Part shown: positions 28,401-36,033 of the stretch, in pieces | Layout: the number at the start of each line of letters is the position of its first letter | How positions within the stretch are numbered: the stretch's first letter is position 1 | Source of the DNA: Planctomycetota bacterium | Lineage (GTDB): Bacteria; Planctomycetota; PLA2; JAEUHO01 | Length of the DNA stretch: 37,571 nucleotides | Direction of reading: 5' to 3' | Assembly (NCBI GenBank): GCA_027625315.1 | Contig: JAQBWE010000002.1 | Location: 1-37,571, forward strand | Made by a program: the position numbers and the translations under genes | The notes under the pieces: generated by a model | What the model was told of the DNA's origin: nothing | The model's input: only the letters and a program-made list of their open reading frames with translations | The model's database searches: none

Positions 28401-29429
28401 GACGCCGTACTTCCACTTCTCACGCCCACGCTCGAAGACCTCTTCGTACTTCTTCTCGCGCTCGCCATCGACGACGCGCTCTAGCACGACGGAGCGAATC
28501 TGGCTGTTGGCCACGCGCTCCAGGACCTCGTCCGTGATGATGTTCTCGGCGCTCGTGGGGTCGAGAATCTCGTCGCCGGTCTCCTTGTCGTAGATCCACG
28601 CCGCGGCCTGCTTGCCGAGCAGGTTCTTCTTCCAGCTACGCGAGCCGAGCGAGACCTGCTGTGTGTCGTAGAACGTGCGGACGATCTCAGTGAATGTCGA
28701 GTAGCCCTCGTTGAAGGCACGCAGCAAGCCGGTGGCCGGGAACTTGCCCGACTGGTCGATGCGGACGGCCAGGACGTCCTTCTTCGTGACGTTGAGCTCG
28801 ATCCAGCTGCCGCGCTCCGGGATGATCCAGCAGCTGTGCAGCTTGCGATCAGAAGCGTGGGTCTCGACAGAGAAGTCGACGCCCGGCGAGCGGTGGAGCT
28901 GCGTCACGATGACGCGCTCAGTGCCGTTGACGATGAACTCGCCACCGCCGAGCATGACGGGGATCTCACCGAGGTAGACGTCTTCCTCGACGGGGCTCTC
29001 CTTCTGGAGACGCACGCGGATCTTGAACGGGCGGCCGTAGCTCAGCTTGAGCTCCCGGCACTCGTCGGGCGTGTAGCGCGGGCTGCCCAGTTCGTAGCCG
29101 AGGTACTGCAGCTCCATCGTCCCGTCGTAGGACTGGATGGGGAACACCTCGCGCAGCACGCCCTCGAGGCCCATCGCGGCGCGGTACTCAGGCGGCTGAT
29201 CCTCCTGCAGGAACGCGCCGTACGCGGCCGTCTGCAGATGGATGAGGTTGGGCACCTCGAACGCGCGCTCGCCACCAAACTCACGGATGGGGAGCAGCTC
29301 CGGATGGGCCGGCTCGCTGAGCGCGAGGTGCCGCGCACCAGCACCGAGCCCGTTCCCGTTGGTCGAGCCCTTGCCCTTCCCGTTGCCCTTGCCGTTGCCC
29401 TTGCCGTTGCCATCGCCGTTGGTGCTCAT
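25461..29429 (-). CDS. rpoB: DNA-directed RNA polymerase subunit beta, with a low-complexity N-terminal extension
   Basis: 1322 aa. Conserved blocks include GNRRIRT, SQLSQ-like [42 protein letters not shown] and [19 protein letters not shown] lies 8 nt upstream of ATG 29429. Confidence 0.96.
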   Translation of the reverse strand: MSTNGDGNGKGNGKGNGKGKGSTNGNGLGAGARHLALSEPAHPELLPIREFGGERAFEVPNLIHLQTAAYGAFLQEDQPPEYRAAMGLEGVLREVFPIQSYDGTMELQYLGYELGSPRYTPDECRELKLSYGRPFKIRVRLQKESPVEEDVYLGEIPVMLGGGEFIVNGTERVIVTQLHRSPGVDFSVETHASDRKLHSCWIIPERGSWIELNVTKKDVLAVRIDQSGKFPATGLLRAFNEGYSTFTEIVRTFYDTQQVSLGSRSWKKNLLGKQAAAWIYDKETGDEILDPTSAENIITDEVLERVANSQIRSVVLERVVDGEREKKYEEVFERGREKWKYGVKESTDGVIEVITDVEDQLVLNTLRDDTTESHDEALLRIYARLRPGNPPKVEKARELFLEKFSDASRYRLGRVGRFRLNRKFKTNRPEDEETLHHTDLVNAVRYLVALRGPAGSGKGKAGQALPFNGQVAVDDIDHLGNRRIRTIAELAADEMRKGFLKLRRTAQERMNIEDAESVSPRSVINSKTISSAIDYFFGRGELSQVVDQTNPLSQLKHERGLSALGPGGLNRKRAGFEVRDVHISHYGRICPIETPEGTNIGLISSLAIYSGVDEYGFLVTPYRVVKNGVVTEEIVHLRADEELDRVLTPADTVVGKDNRIEGEQILGRKNDDFLLVNSKDVDYMDVSPMQLVGVSAALIPFLEHDDANRALMGSNMQRQAVPLLRTAPPIVGTGMETIVAQNSSMVVTSAEAGRVNYVDATRIVVGDREYVLRKFVGLNERTCQNQKPIVDLGQEVKAGQIIADGAATHHGELALGRNVLVAFMPWDGYNYEDAILVSEGLVRDDAYTSIHIDMYEIEIRETKLGREEFTNDIPNVSERALRNLDEVGIVRIGTHVHPGDILVGKVAPKSKSELSPEEKLLHAIFGRAGEDVKNDSLTVPPGVEGIIISTKKFSRKVNISDEERADNHEQIKHAERAFQAAFKAHLESLLEAMNGSLGRKLVDPVTRKPFSAAEVEALPELREVRDRLAIAIRGAGLRPDDAFHTVARVHFRDIDDAEAVKNKTVNRLSRGDELPTGVLEVVKIYMATRRNLSVGDKMAGRHGNKGVISRILPIEDMPFLEDGTPCEIVLNPLGVPSRMNVGQILETHLGYAARLLGCRVRTSVFDGATEMDIEAMLEEAGLPRDGKVTLYDGRTGTAFDQNVTVGFLYMLKLHHLVDEKIHARATGPYSLITQQPLGGKARFGGQRFGEMEVWALEAYGAAHILQELLTVKSDDVDGRMKIYESMVKGENILEAGTPVSFEVLCNEIRGLGLNIELEKSRL

Positions 29430-29858
29430 AGGGCGCCTCCTTCACAGGACTCGACCGCGGAGCGCGCGGGAGGCGGAGTGCCGAGCCCGGACGCACGCGG
29501 CCCGTGGGCTCGCTGCCCGTGGACTAATTGCCCACGGGACGGATGTCACAGGCCGCAACGCCCGCGGCTCCAAGCTGTCGGTGCCCTCGGCCAGGGGGAC
29601 ACCGTTGACGGAGCCGCGTCGCTTCGCCCGAGGCCAGCAGGCCCCAGGCGCAGAAGTCAGCCGAACCGCAATGGTTCGGGGATGGACTTCGAACCCACGA
29701 AGGTATGTCCGATGGACCTCGGCACGCAGTGGATGCGCACCGATGCAGGAGTCCGAGCTCCCTCTTGGGGCTAAAGTCCCGGTCGCCGCGCGCCCCGCAG
29801 GGCTCGTCGGCGACCAGACAGGGGCGGCAGCGGACCGGGGCCCATGCCGTCCTCCGGA

Positions 29859-30263
29859 CTACTTGATCTCGACCTCGGCGCCGGCGTCGGTGAGCTCCTT
29901 CTTGAGCTTCTCAGCGTCCTCCTTGGAGGCGCCTTCCTTGACCGGCTTCGGGGCGTTGTCCACCAGGTCCTTGGCCTCCTTGAGGCCCAGACCCGTGATG
30001 GCGCGCACGACCTTGATCACCTGGATCTTGGCGTTGCCTGCGGCCTTGAGGATGACGTCGAAGGCGGTCTTTTCCGCCGGCGCATCATCGCCCGAAGCAG
30101 CAGGGGCGGCCATGGCGACGGCAGCCGGCGCGGCGGCGGATACGCCCCAACGGGCCTCCAGCGCCTTTACCAGCTTGGCAGCCTTGGCAATGGTCAGACC
30201 GTCGAGGCTCGTGAAGATGGCCTCGAGGTCGTTGTCGAGGGTGACGGTTTCTTGTTCGGACAT
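29859..30263 (-). CDS. rplL: 50S ribosomal protein L7/L12 (bL12)
   Basis: I re-set the start to ATG 30263 (AGGAG 9 nt upstream). The sequence shows an Ala/Pro hinge, then [39 protein letters not shown]...GA.VE.K. Confidence 0.95.
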   Translation of the reverse strand: MSEQETVTLDNDLEAIFTSLDGLTIAKAAKLVKALEARWGVSAAAPAAVAMAAPAASGDDAPAEKTAFDVILKAAGNAKIQVIKVVRAITGLGLKEAKDLVDNAPKPVKEGASKEDAEKLKKELTDAGAEVEIK

Positions 30264-30339
30264 GGCTCGAACTCCTGAAGTTCGTAGAAAAACTCGAAAA
30301 CGCCGCAGGAACACCCCTCACGGCGCGAAAACGCAATAA

Positions 30340-31008
30340 CTACTCGGTGGAGCCCTCAGGCGCCGCGTCGGCCGCGGGAGTCTCCGCCTCGGGTGCCGCT
30401 TCCTCAACGGGAGCAACAACCTCTGCGGGCACTTCTGCTGCCGGCACCTCTGCTGCCTCGGCACCGCTGCCGAAGCCACCGTCGTCGGCCCGCGCCTGGA
30501 TGCAGCGCGCGAGGCCGCCGTACACCGCCTGCAGGCTCACTGCGAGACCGCGTGCGGTGCCGATGATGAGACCAGCGAGCATGCCCTTGAGCTGCTGCAG
30601 GTCGGGCATGTCAGCCAACGTCTCGGCGTCCGGGCCCACGAGGACCTCGCCGTCGGCGATCGCGCCCTTGACCTTCACGGTCTTGTTCTTGCGCGCCCAC
30701 TCACGGACGACCTTGGCAATCGAGATCGGGCCGTCGCCGCCGTACACAAGGGCCGAGGAGCCCTTCAGTGCGGCGTTGAGCGCCTCGACGTCGCCGTCGT
30801 AGCCCTGCTCGCGCAGTGCGACACGCGCCGTACGGTTGTGAAGCACGCGCAGACGGGCACCGCCCGCCTCGTCACGCAGTTTCTTCCGCAGGGCCATGCT
30901 GGCCTCCACGGTCATGCCGCCCGGGTCGATCACCATCAGACCCGCGGGGCTCGCCTCAAGCTCGGTGCCGAGCTGGGAGGCGAGCATGTGCTTAAGTGCC
31001 TTCGCCAT
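30340..31008 (-). CDS. rplJ: 50S ribosomal protein L10 (uL10) with a ~45-aa acidic Ala/Glu/Pro C-terminal tail
   Basis: Position between rplA and rplL. The core is uL10-like (LRKKLRDEAGGARLRVLHNRTARVALRE...). GGGAG lies 6 nt upstream of ATG 31008. Confidence 0.9.
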   Translation of the reverse strand: MAKALKHMLASQLGTELEASPAGLMVIDPGGMTVEASMALRKKLRDEAGGARLRVLHNRTARVALREQGYDGDVEALNAALKGSSALVYGGDGPISIAKVVREWARKNKTVKVKGAIADGEVLVGPDAETLADMPDLQQLKGMLAGLIIGTARGLAVSLQAVYGGLARCIQARADDGGFGSGAEAAEVPAAEVPAEVVAPVEEAAPEAETPAADAAPEGSTE

Positions 31009-31018
31009 GATCGACTCC

Positions 31019-31708
31019 CTAGATGATGTCCAACGTGAGCGAGGGGCTCATCGTGGCCGAGACGCTCACCTTGCGGATGTACGCGCCCTTGACCGCCGAG
31101 GGCCGGATCCCGCGCAGGTGCTCGACAAAGTGGGTAATGTTGGCCGCCAAGGCCTCAGCGTTGAAGCTGCGCTTGCCGACCGGGACCTGAACGTTGCCGC
31201 CCGCGTCGACGCGGAACTCGACCTTACCGGCCTTGAACTCGCGCACCGCCTTGCTGATCTGCGGCGTCACCGTGCCCGACTTGGGGCTCGGCATCTTGCC
31301 CGACGGGCCAAGCACGCGACCGAGCTTGCCGGCCACCTTCATCATGGCCGGGTGGGCAATGCAGACGTCGAAGTCCATCCAGCCATCCTGGATGCGCTGG
31401 GCGAGTTCTTCGCCGCCGACCTCGTCAGCACCGGCGTCCCTGGCCTCCTGGGCCGCCTCGCCCTCAGCGAAGACGATCACGGAGCGGCTCTTGCCGATGC
31501 CGCTCGGCAGCGAGACGCTGCCGCGCACCATCTGATCCGACTTTTTCGGATCGACACCCAACCGCACGGAAAGCTCGACGGTCTCGTCGAACTTTGCACG
31601 GGGGAACTTCGCGAGCACCTCGAGGGCCGCTCCTACTTCGTAGCGCTTGTAGCGCTCGTAGCCGGAGGTGGAGGTTGCAGCGCGGTAGCGCTTGCTGATG
31701 TATGCCAT
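31019..31708 (-). CDS. rplA: 50S ribosomal protein L1 (uL1)
   Basis: I re-set the start to ATG 31708 (AAGGAG 6 nt upstream). The sequence reads FDETVELSVRLGVDPKKSDQMVRGSV.LP.G.GK...V.VFA.G...GKLGRVLGPSGKMPSPK.GTVT. Confidence 0.94.
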   Translation of the reverse strand: MAYISKRYRAATSTSGYERYKRYEVGAALEVLAKFPRAKFDETVELSVRLGVDPKKSDQMVRGSVSLPSGIGKSRSVIVFAEGEAAQEARDAGADEVGGEELAQRIQDGWMDFDVCIAHPAMMKVAGKLGRVLGPSGKMPSPKSGTVTPQISKAVREFKAGKVEFRVDAGGNVQVPVGKRSFNAEALAANITHFVEHLRGIRPSAVKGAYIRKVSVSATMSPSLTLDII

Positions 31709-31893
31709 CCGCGTCTCCTTCACTCTCCCGCGACGGCCCGCGGTGGCCGACTCGGTCGACGAGTACCCTCCGCCGAATCGCGGAGGAAGCGACCATCTTT
31801 ACCGCCCCGGTCGCATGGGCGCAGGAAATGCCTGACCGATCTCACCCCCATCCGCATGCGGAAGGCGAGATCGTCGGAACGCTTCGAAGAGGC

Positions 31894-32319
31894 TTAGGCC
31901 TCGACGTTGATGCCCATGGAGCGGGCCGTGCCCTCGACGATGCGCGCGGCCGCGGGGATCGAGAAGGCGTTCAGGTCCGCCATCTTGCGCTCCGCGATCT
32001 CCTCAACCTGGGCCCGGGTGACCGTGCCGACCTTGAGGGTGTTGGGCGTGCCCGAGCCCTTGGGGATGCCGGCCGCCATGCGCAGCAGGACAGCCGCGGG
32101 CGGGCTCTTGATCTCGAACTCAAACGAACGATCCGTGTACACGGTGAGGATGACCGGCAACGTGACGCCGGGCTGATCCTTCGTGGTGTCGTTGAAACGT
32201 CGCACGAACTCGCCGATGTTCACGCCGTGCTGACCGAGGGCGGGGCCCACCGGGGGCGCGGGGGTCGCCTGACCGCCCGGGCACTGCAGCTTGATCTTCG
32301 TCTTGATTTCCTTGGCCAT
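31894..32319 (-). CDS. rplK: 50S ribosomal protein L11 (uL11)
   Basis: [35 protein letters not shown]...[20 protein letters not shown]. Confidence 0.96.
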   Translation of the reverse strand: MAKEIKTKIKLQCPGGQATPAPPVGPALGQHGVNIGEFVRRFNDTTKDQPGVTLPVILTVYTDRSFEFEIKSPPAAVLLRMAAGIPKGSGTPNTLKVGTVTRAQVEEIAERKMADLNAFSIPAAARIVEGTARSMGINVEA

Positions 32320-32367
32320 AACTCAGCCTCTCGGGGCGGCTTCACGCGCGCCCACGGCATCCAAGCC

Positions 32368-32919
32368 CTAGACGGGCTCGACCTGCCAGTACTCCAACTC
32401 CACGGGCGTGGCGCGACCGAAAATGGTGACCGTGACGCGGACGATACCCTTGGCAGGAATCACCTCGTCCACCACGCCTTCGAAGGACTCCAGCGGTCCT
32501 TCCTTGATCTTCACGGACTCCCCCGGCTTCATTGAGATCTTGACCTGGGGGGCCTTCTCTTCGTCGGTCTCCATCGACTTGAGCAGGCGCTCGACCTCGT
32601 CGTGCGCCAGCGGCTCGGGAGAACCGTGCGGTCCGACGAAGTCGCCGACGCCGGCGGTCTCGCGGACCAGGAACCACACATCGCGCGGCACGCTGCCGTC
32701 GGTGGCCTGCTCCACCTCGACCATCACGTAGCCAGGGTAGAGCTTGCGCTTGATGGTGCGCTTGCGGCCGCCCTTGAGCTCAGTCACGACCTCCATGGGC
32801 ACCAGCACGCGCGGGACCGCGGCTTCCTTGCCAGCGATCTTCAGGCGGCGAGCCAGGGCGGTTTGCGCCGTGCCCTCGCGGCCGCTTTGCACTCGAACGA
32901 CGTACCAGCTACGCGCCAC
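32368..32919 (-). CDS. nusG: Transcription termination/antitermination factor NusG
   Basis: I re-set the start to GTG 32919 (GGAGG 5 nt upstream, directly after the secE stop). The NGN domain begins WYVVRVQSGRE. The KOW motif is PGESVKIKEGPLESFEGVVDEV. Confidence 0.92.
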   Translation of the reverse strand: MARSWYVVRVQSGREGTAQTALARRLKIAGKEAAVPRVLVPMEVVTELKGGRKRTIKRKLYPGYVMVEVEQATDGSVPRDVWFLVRETAGVGDFVGPHGSPEPLAHDEVERLLKSMETDEEKAPQVKISMKPGESVKIKEGPLESFEGVVDEVIPAKGIVRVTVTIFGRATPVELEYWQVEPV

Positions 32920-32929
32920 TTCGCCTCCT

Positions 32930-33361
32930 CTAGAACACGAAGGAGAACAGCCCCTGCAACAGCTTGTCGAAGCCGAAGAGAGCCATTCCGAATACGAAGG
33001 TGACAACAACCACGACAAGGCTCGCGCTCTTGACCTCGGGCCACGAGGGCCACGAGACCTTGCGCATCTCCTGCTCCGTATCGATGAGCAGGTCCGCGTG
33101 CGAGGGCTTGTTGAGGAACAGGTGAACCAGGAACAGGCCAGCCAAGAATACGCCGAAGCCAATCACCTTCATCCAAGTGAGAGCGCCGACGAGGGGCAGA
33201 TTTGAAACGCTCGAGTGAATCGGCAAGCCGACGCCGCGTCCCACCGTGTTGAACTCGGCGTGGCAGGCCCAACCACCAAACAGGGCAAGCAGCCCGAGGA
33301 TCACGTACGCCGTAGCGCGCGACCTCGTGGCTTGGCCCTTCTTGTAGATGTCGAGGCTCAT
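32930..33361 (-). CDS. secE: Protein translocase subunit SecE (3-TM form)
   Basis: I re-set the start to ATG 33361 (GGAG upstream), because the ORF-track start runs into tRNA-Trp. The conserved C-terminal segment is EMRKVSWPSWPEVKSASLVVVVVTFVFGMALFGFD, preceded by two further hydrophobic segments. Confidence 0.85.
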   Translation of the reverse strand: MSLDIYKKGQATRSRATAYVILGLLALFGGWACHAEFNTVGRGVGLPIHSSVSNLPLVGALTWMKVIGFGVFLAGLFLVHLFLNKPSHADLLIDTEQEMRKVSWPSWPEVKSASLVVVVVTFVFGMALFGFDKLLQGLFSFVF

Positions 33362-33418
33362 GGCCGCTCCGATTCGTTCGAGATGCTGGCTGACTGCCAG
33401 AGGCTGCCTGCTAGATGA

Positions 33419-33494
33419 TGGCACGGCAGCGAGGACTTGAACCCCGAACCTGCTGATTTGGAATCAGCTGCTCTACCAGTTGAGCTACTGCCGT
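33419..33494 (-). tRNA. tRNA-Trp (anticodon CCA), CCA end encoded
   Basis: Manual fold: acceptor ACGGCAG/CTGCCGT; D region AGCTCAACTGGTAGAGC; anticodon stem GCTGA/TCAGC with loop TTCCAAA; T arm GGGGTTCAAGTCCTC. It holds the classical position between rpmG and secE. Confidence 0.9.
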
Positions 33495-33600
33495 AGGAAA
33501 CCGCTGCCACCCGGTCCGGGTCGTGAGCGCCTCCGGAGAGGCCCCCACGCCACAGCGTCGGGTGGCGGTACGTTTGCTCGCCGCCCTGCGTGCTGGATTC

Positions 33601-33774
33601 CTACTTCTTCTTGGATTCCTTATGCAGGGTGTGTCGCTTGAGCCGCGGCGAGTACTTCATCAGCTCGAGCTTGTAGGGGTTGCCCTTGATCCGCTTGGAG
33701 GCGCGGTAGTTAAAGTCACCGGTCTCCGTGCATTGGAGCCAGACATACCCCCGACTGGGTTGACCCTTGGCCAT
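33601..33774 (-). CDS. rpmG: 50S ribosomal protein L33 (bL33), Cys-poor form
   Basis: Below the ORF-track cutoff. Manual translation gives [57 protein letters not shown] (57 aa). AAGGA lies upstream. It sits between tuf and tRNA-Trp. Confidence 0.88.
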   Translation of the reverse strand: MAKGQPSRGYVWLQCTETGDFNYRASKRIKGNPYKLELMKYSPRLKRHTLHKESKKK

Positions 33775-33860
33775 CGCGATTCCTTTCGAACTCTCTCGGA
33801 CGCCCTACGACGCGAGCGCCCATCACCGGAGTGATGGGCGCTCACGTGGATGCAGGCTAC

Positions 33861-35078
33861 TTACTTGAGGATCTTCGTCACGGCGCCGGCGCCGACAGTG
33901 CGGCCGCCTTCGCGAATGGCGAAGCGCTGACCGCTCTCGACCGCAATCGGCGTGATCAGCGTGACCTTCATGGCGATGTTGTCGCCGGGCATGCACATCT
34001 CCGCGCCACCCATGAGCTCGATCGTCCCGGTGACGTCGGTCGTGCGCATGTAGAACTGGGGCCGGTAGTTGTTGAAGAACGGCGTGTGACGGCCGCCCTC
34101 GTCCTTGCTGAGGACGTACACCTCGGACTCGAACTCCGTGTGGGGCGACACCGAGCCCGGCTTGGCCAGAACCATGCCGCGCATCAGGGCTTCCTTGTCC
34201 ACGCCGCGGAGCAGCAGACCGACGTTGTCGCCAGCCTCACCACGATCGAGCGTCTTGTTGAACATCTCGACGCCGGTGCAGGTGGTCATCATCTTCTTGT
34301 CGTCTTCCTTCTGGAGACCGACAACCTCGATGGGCTCGCCCACCTTGATGACGCCACGCTCGATGCGGCCAGTGCCGACCGTGCCGCGGCCCTTGATCGA
34401 GAACACGTCCTCGACGGGCATCAGGAACGGCTTGTCCACCTCGCGCACGGGCAGCGGGATGTAACGATCGACCTCTTCGAGGAGCTTGACGATCGAGCCA
34501 GCGCCGACCACGTTGTCGAAGGCGGTCGGGTTGTTCAGGGCGCCCAGAGCCGAACCCTTGACGATCGGGATCTCGTCACCCGGGAAGTCGTACTCGTTGA
34601 GGAGCTCGCGCACCTCGAGTTCGATGAGCTCGAGCAGCTCTTCGTCGTCCACGAGGTCGACCTTGTTCATGAACACCACGATCGCGGGCACGCCCACCTG
34701 GCGGGCGAGCAGGATGTGCTCACGCGTCTGGGGCATGGGACCGTCGTCGGCCGCGACCACGAGGATCGCGCCATCCATCTGCGCGGCGCCCGTGATCATG
34801 TTCTTGACGTAGTCAGCGTGGCCGGGGCAGTCGACGTGGGCGTAGTGACGGTTCTCCGTCTCGTACTCCACGTGCGCCGCGGCGATCGTGACCGTCTTGG
34901 TCTCGTCGCGAACGGTGCCGCCCTTGGCGATGTCGGCGTAAGCCTTCGCCTTGCAGAAGCCCTTCGCTTCCATGACGTAGGTCAAGGCAGCCGTGAGGGT
35001 CGTCTTGCCGTGATCGATGTGACCGATCGTGCCGACGTTTACGTGCGGCTTGTTCCGCTCAAAGGTCTCCTTGGCCAT
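33861..35078 (-). CDS. tuf: Elongation factor Tu
   Basis: [36 protein letters not shown] and NKVD are present. 405 aa. GGAGGA lies upstream. Confidence 0.98.
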   Translation of the reverse strand: MAKETFERNKPHVNVGTIGHIDHGKTTLTAALTYVMEAKGFCKAKAYADIAKGGTVRDETKTVTIAAAHVEYETENRHYAHVDCPGHADYVKNMITGAAQMDGAILVVAADDGPMPQTREHILLARQVGVPAIVVFMNKVDLVDDEELLELIELEVRELLNEYDFPGDEIPIVKGSALGALNNPTAFDNVVGAGSIVKLLEEVDRYIPLPVREVDKPFLMPVEDVFSIKGRGTVGTGRIERGVIKVGEPIEVVGLQKEDDKKMMTTCTGVEMFNKTLDRGEAGDNVGLLLRGVDKEALMRGMVLAKPGSVSPHTEFESEVYVLSKDEGGRHTPFFNNYRPQFYMRTTDVTGTIELMGGAEMCMPGDNIAMKVTLITPIAVESGQRFAIREGGRTVGAGAVTKILK

Positions 35079-35240
35079 GGCAGCCGTTCCTCCGGGGGCG
35101 GGCCTGAGGCTCGCCCGATGCTTCTTTGTCTTGGTGGACTTGTCTGAATGGACAACTTGCCCGTCACGGTCGTCGCGCCACTCGGCGCGGGATCGTGCAC
35201 GGCTTGGCCGTCCAGACTCGGGTTATACGAAACGTTGGTC

Positions 35241-35288
35241 TCGAAACTGGTTGGTGTCGAAACTGGTTGGTGTCGAAAAAAACTGAAC
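35241..35288. repeat. Tandem 16-bp repeats (tcgaaactggttggtg x2, plus degenerate flanking copies) in the tRNA-Thr to tuf spacer
   Basis: Perfect copies lie at 35241-35256 and 35257-35272. A degenerate copy lies at 35227-35240 (acgaaacgttggtc). A partial A-rich copy at 35273-35288 runs up to the tRNA-Thr 3' end. This is locally the most AT-rich stretch of the window. Confidence 0.9.
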
Positions 35289-35363
35289 TGGAGCTGGAGG
35301 CGGGGATTGAACCCGCGACCTCCTCCTTACCAAGGAGGTGCTCTACCACTGAGCTACTCCAGC
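35289..35363 (-). tRNA. tRNA-Thr (anticodon GGT), CCA end encoded
   Basis: Manual fold: acceptor GCTGGAG/CTCCAGC; AGCTCAGTGGTAGAGC; anticodon stem CCTCC/GGAGG with loop TTGGTAA; T arm GCGGGTTCAATCCCCGC. Confidence 0.9.
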
Positions 35364-35444
35364 CACCTGGTGTGGCTGTCCCGCAAGCGCGAAGCGCGTG
35401 CGAGTCCCGGATGGTATGCCGAACGCGCTGGCAGGCCCAAGGAG

Positions 35445-35518
35445 TGGAGCGGGCGATGGGAATCGAACCCACGTCAGCGGCTTGGAAGGCCGCCGCTCTA
35501 CCATTGAGCTACGCCCGC
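35445..35518 (-). tRNA. tRNA-Gly (anticodon TCC), CCA end encoded
   Basis: Manual fold: acceptor GCGGGCG/CGCCCGC; AGCTCAATGGTAGAGC; anticodon stem GCGGC/GCCGC with loop CTTCCAA; T arm GTGGGTTCGATTCCCAT. The Gly-Thr-tuf arrangement resembles the glyT-thrT-tufB part of the E. coli thrU-tyrU-glyT-thrT-tufB cluster. Confidence 0.9.
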
Positions 35519-35675
35519 ATGATCGGCATGGCCAGCCCCCCTGGCCGAGGTCCCCCAACCCGGCAAACCGGGCGGGGAGCGGCCGGATCGTAGGGCCGCG
35601 CCTCAGGGCGTCAACCCCGGCCGCGGTCCGGGAGTGCGGCGCAGGGCCCGCCTGCGTGGCAGCCCGCTGCGAGGG

Positions 35676-35846
35676 CTACTTCAGTTCCTGCAGCAGGTAG
35701 TAGCTGCCGACACTCGCGCCGAGGCCGAGCGCCATGCCCATCAACTGGCCCATGCCCCCGGCACCGCCACCGGCGCAGCCCGGCAAAGGCAGGAGCGCCA
35801 GGGCTCCGAGGACGATCGCGGCAATGCTCCGGCGGATGGCCTTCAT
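35676..35846 (-). CDS. Small (56 aa) putative lipoprotein with a glycine-zipper-like mature part
   Basis: I re-set the start to ATG 35846 (GGGAG 7 nt upstream). MKAIRRSIAAIVLGALALLPLPGC is a signal peptide plus lipobox-like Cys. The mature part is AGGGAGGMGQLMGMALGLGASVGSYYLLQELK. Confidence 0.5.
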   Translation of the reverse strand: MKAIRRSIAAIVLGALALLPLPGCAGGGAGGMGQLMGMALGLGASVGSYYLLQELK

Positions 35847-36033
35847 AGGTGAACTCCCTGCCTGCGCACGGAATACCGCCCCCCGGGCCAGAAGTCCATC
35901 CTCGGGAGCGCCCGGTGGCCACGAAAGGGGCCCGCAGAGCGCTCCTTGGCCGAACCAGGCCCGCTGGCAGTGACGCGGGCATGACAGCGGGCCCCCGGCG
36001 GCTATCCTCCGCCCTCCTGCCACCGGAGCCCCC

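Noticed and set aside
29661-29720. A possible tRNA or pseudo-tRNA on the minus strand in the rplL-rpoB spacer (T-loop-like ttcgaaccc).
   Set aside because: I could not build a cloverleaf. The T-stem needs two G-U pairs, including position 53-61. No complementary 5' acceptor strand (ccccgaa on plus) exists downstream, and no anticodon arm is evident.
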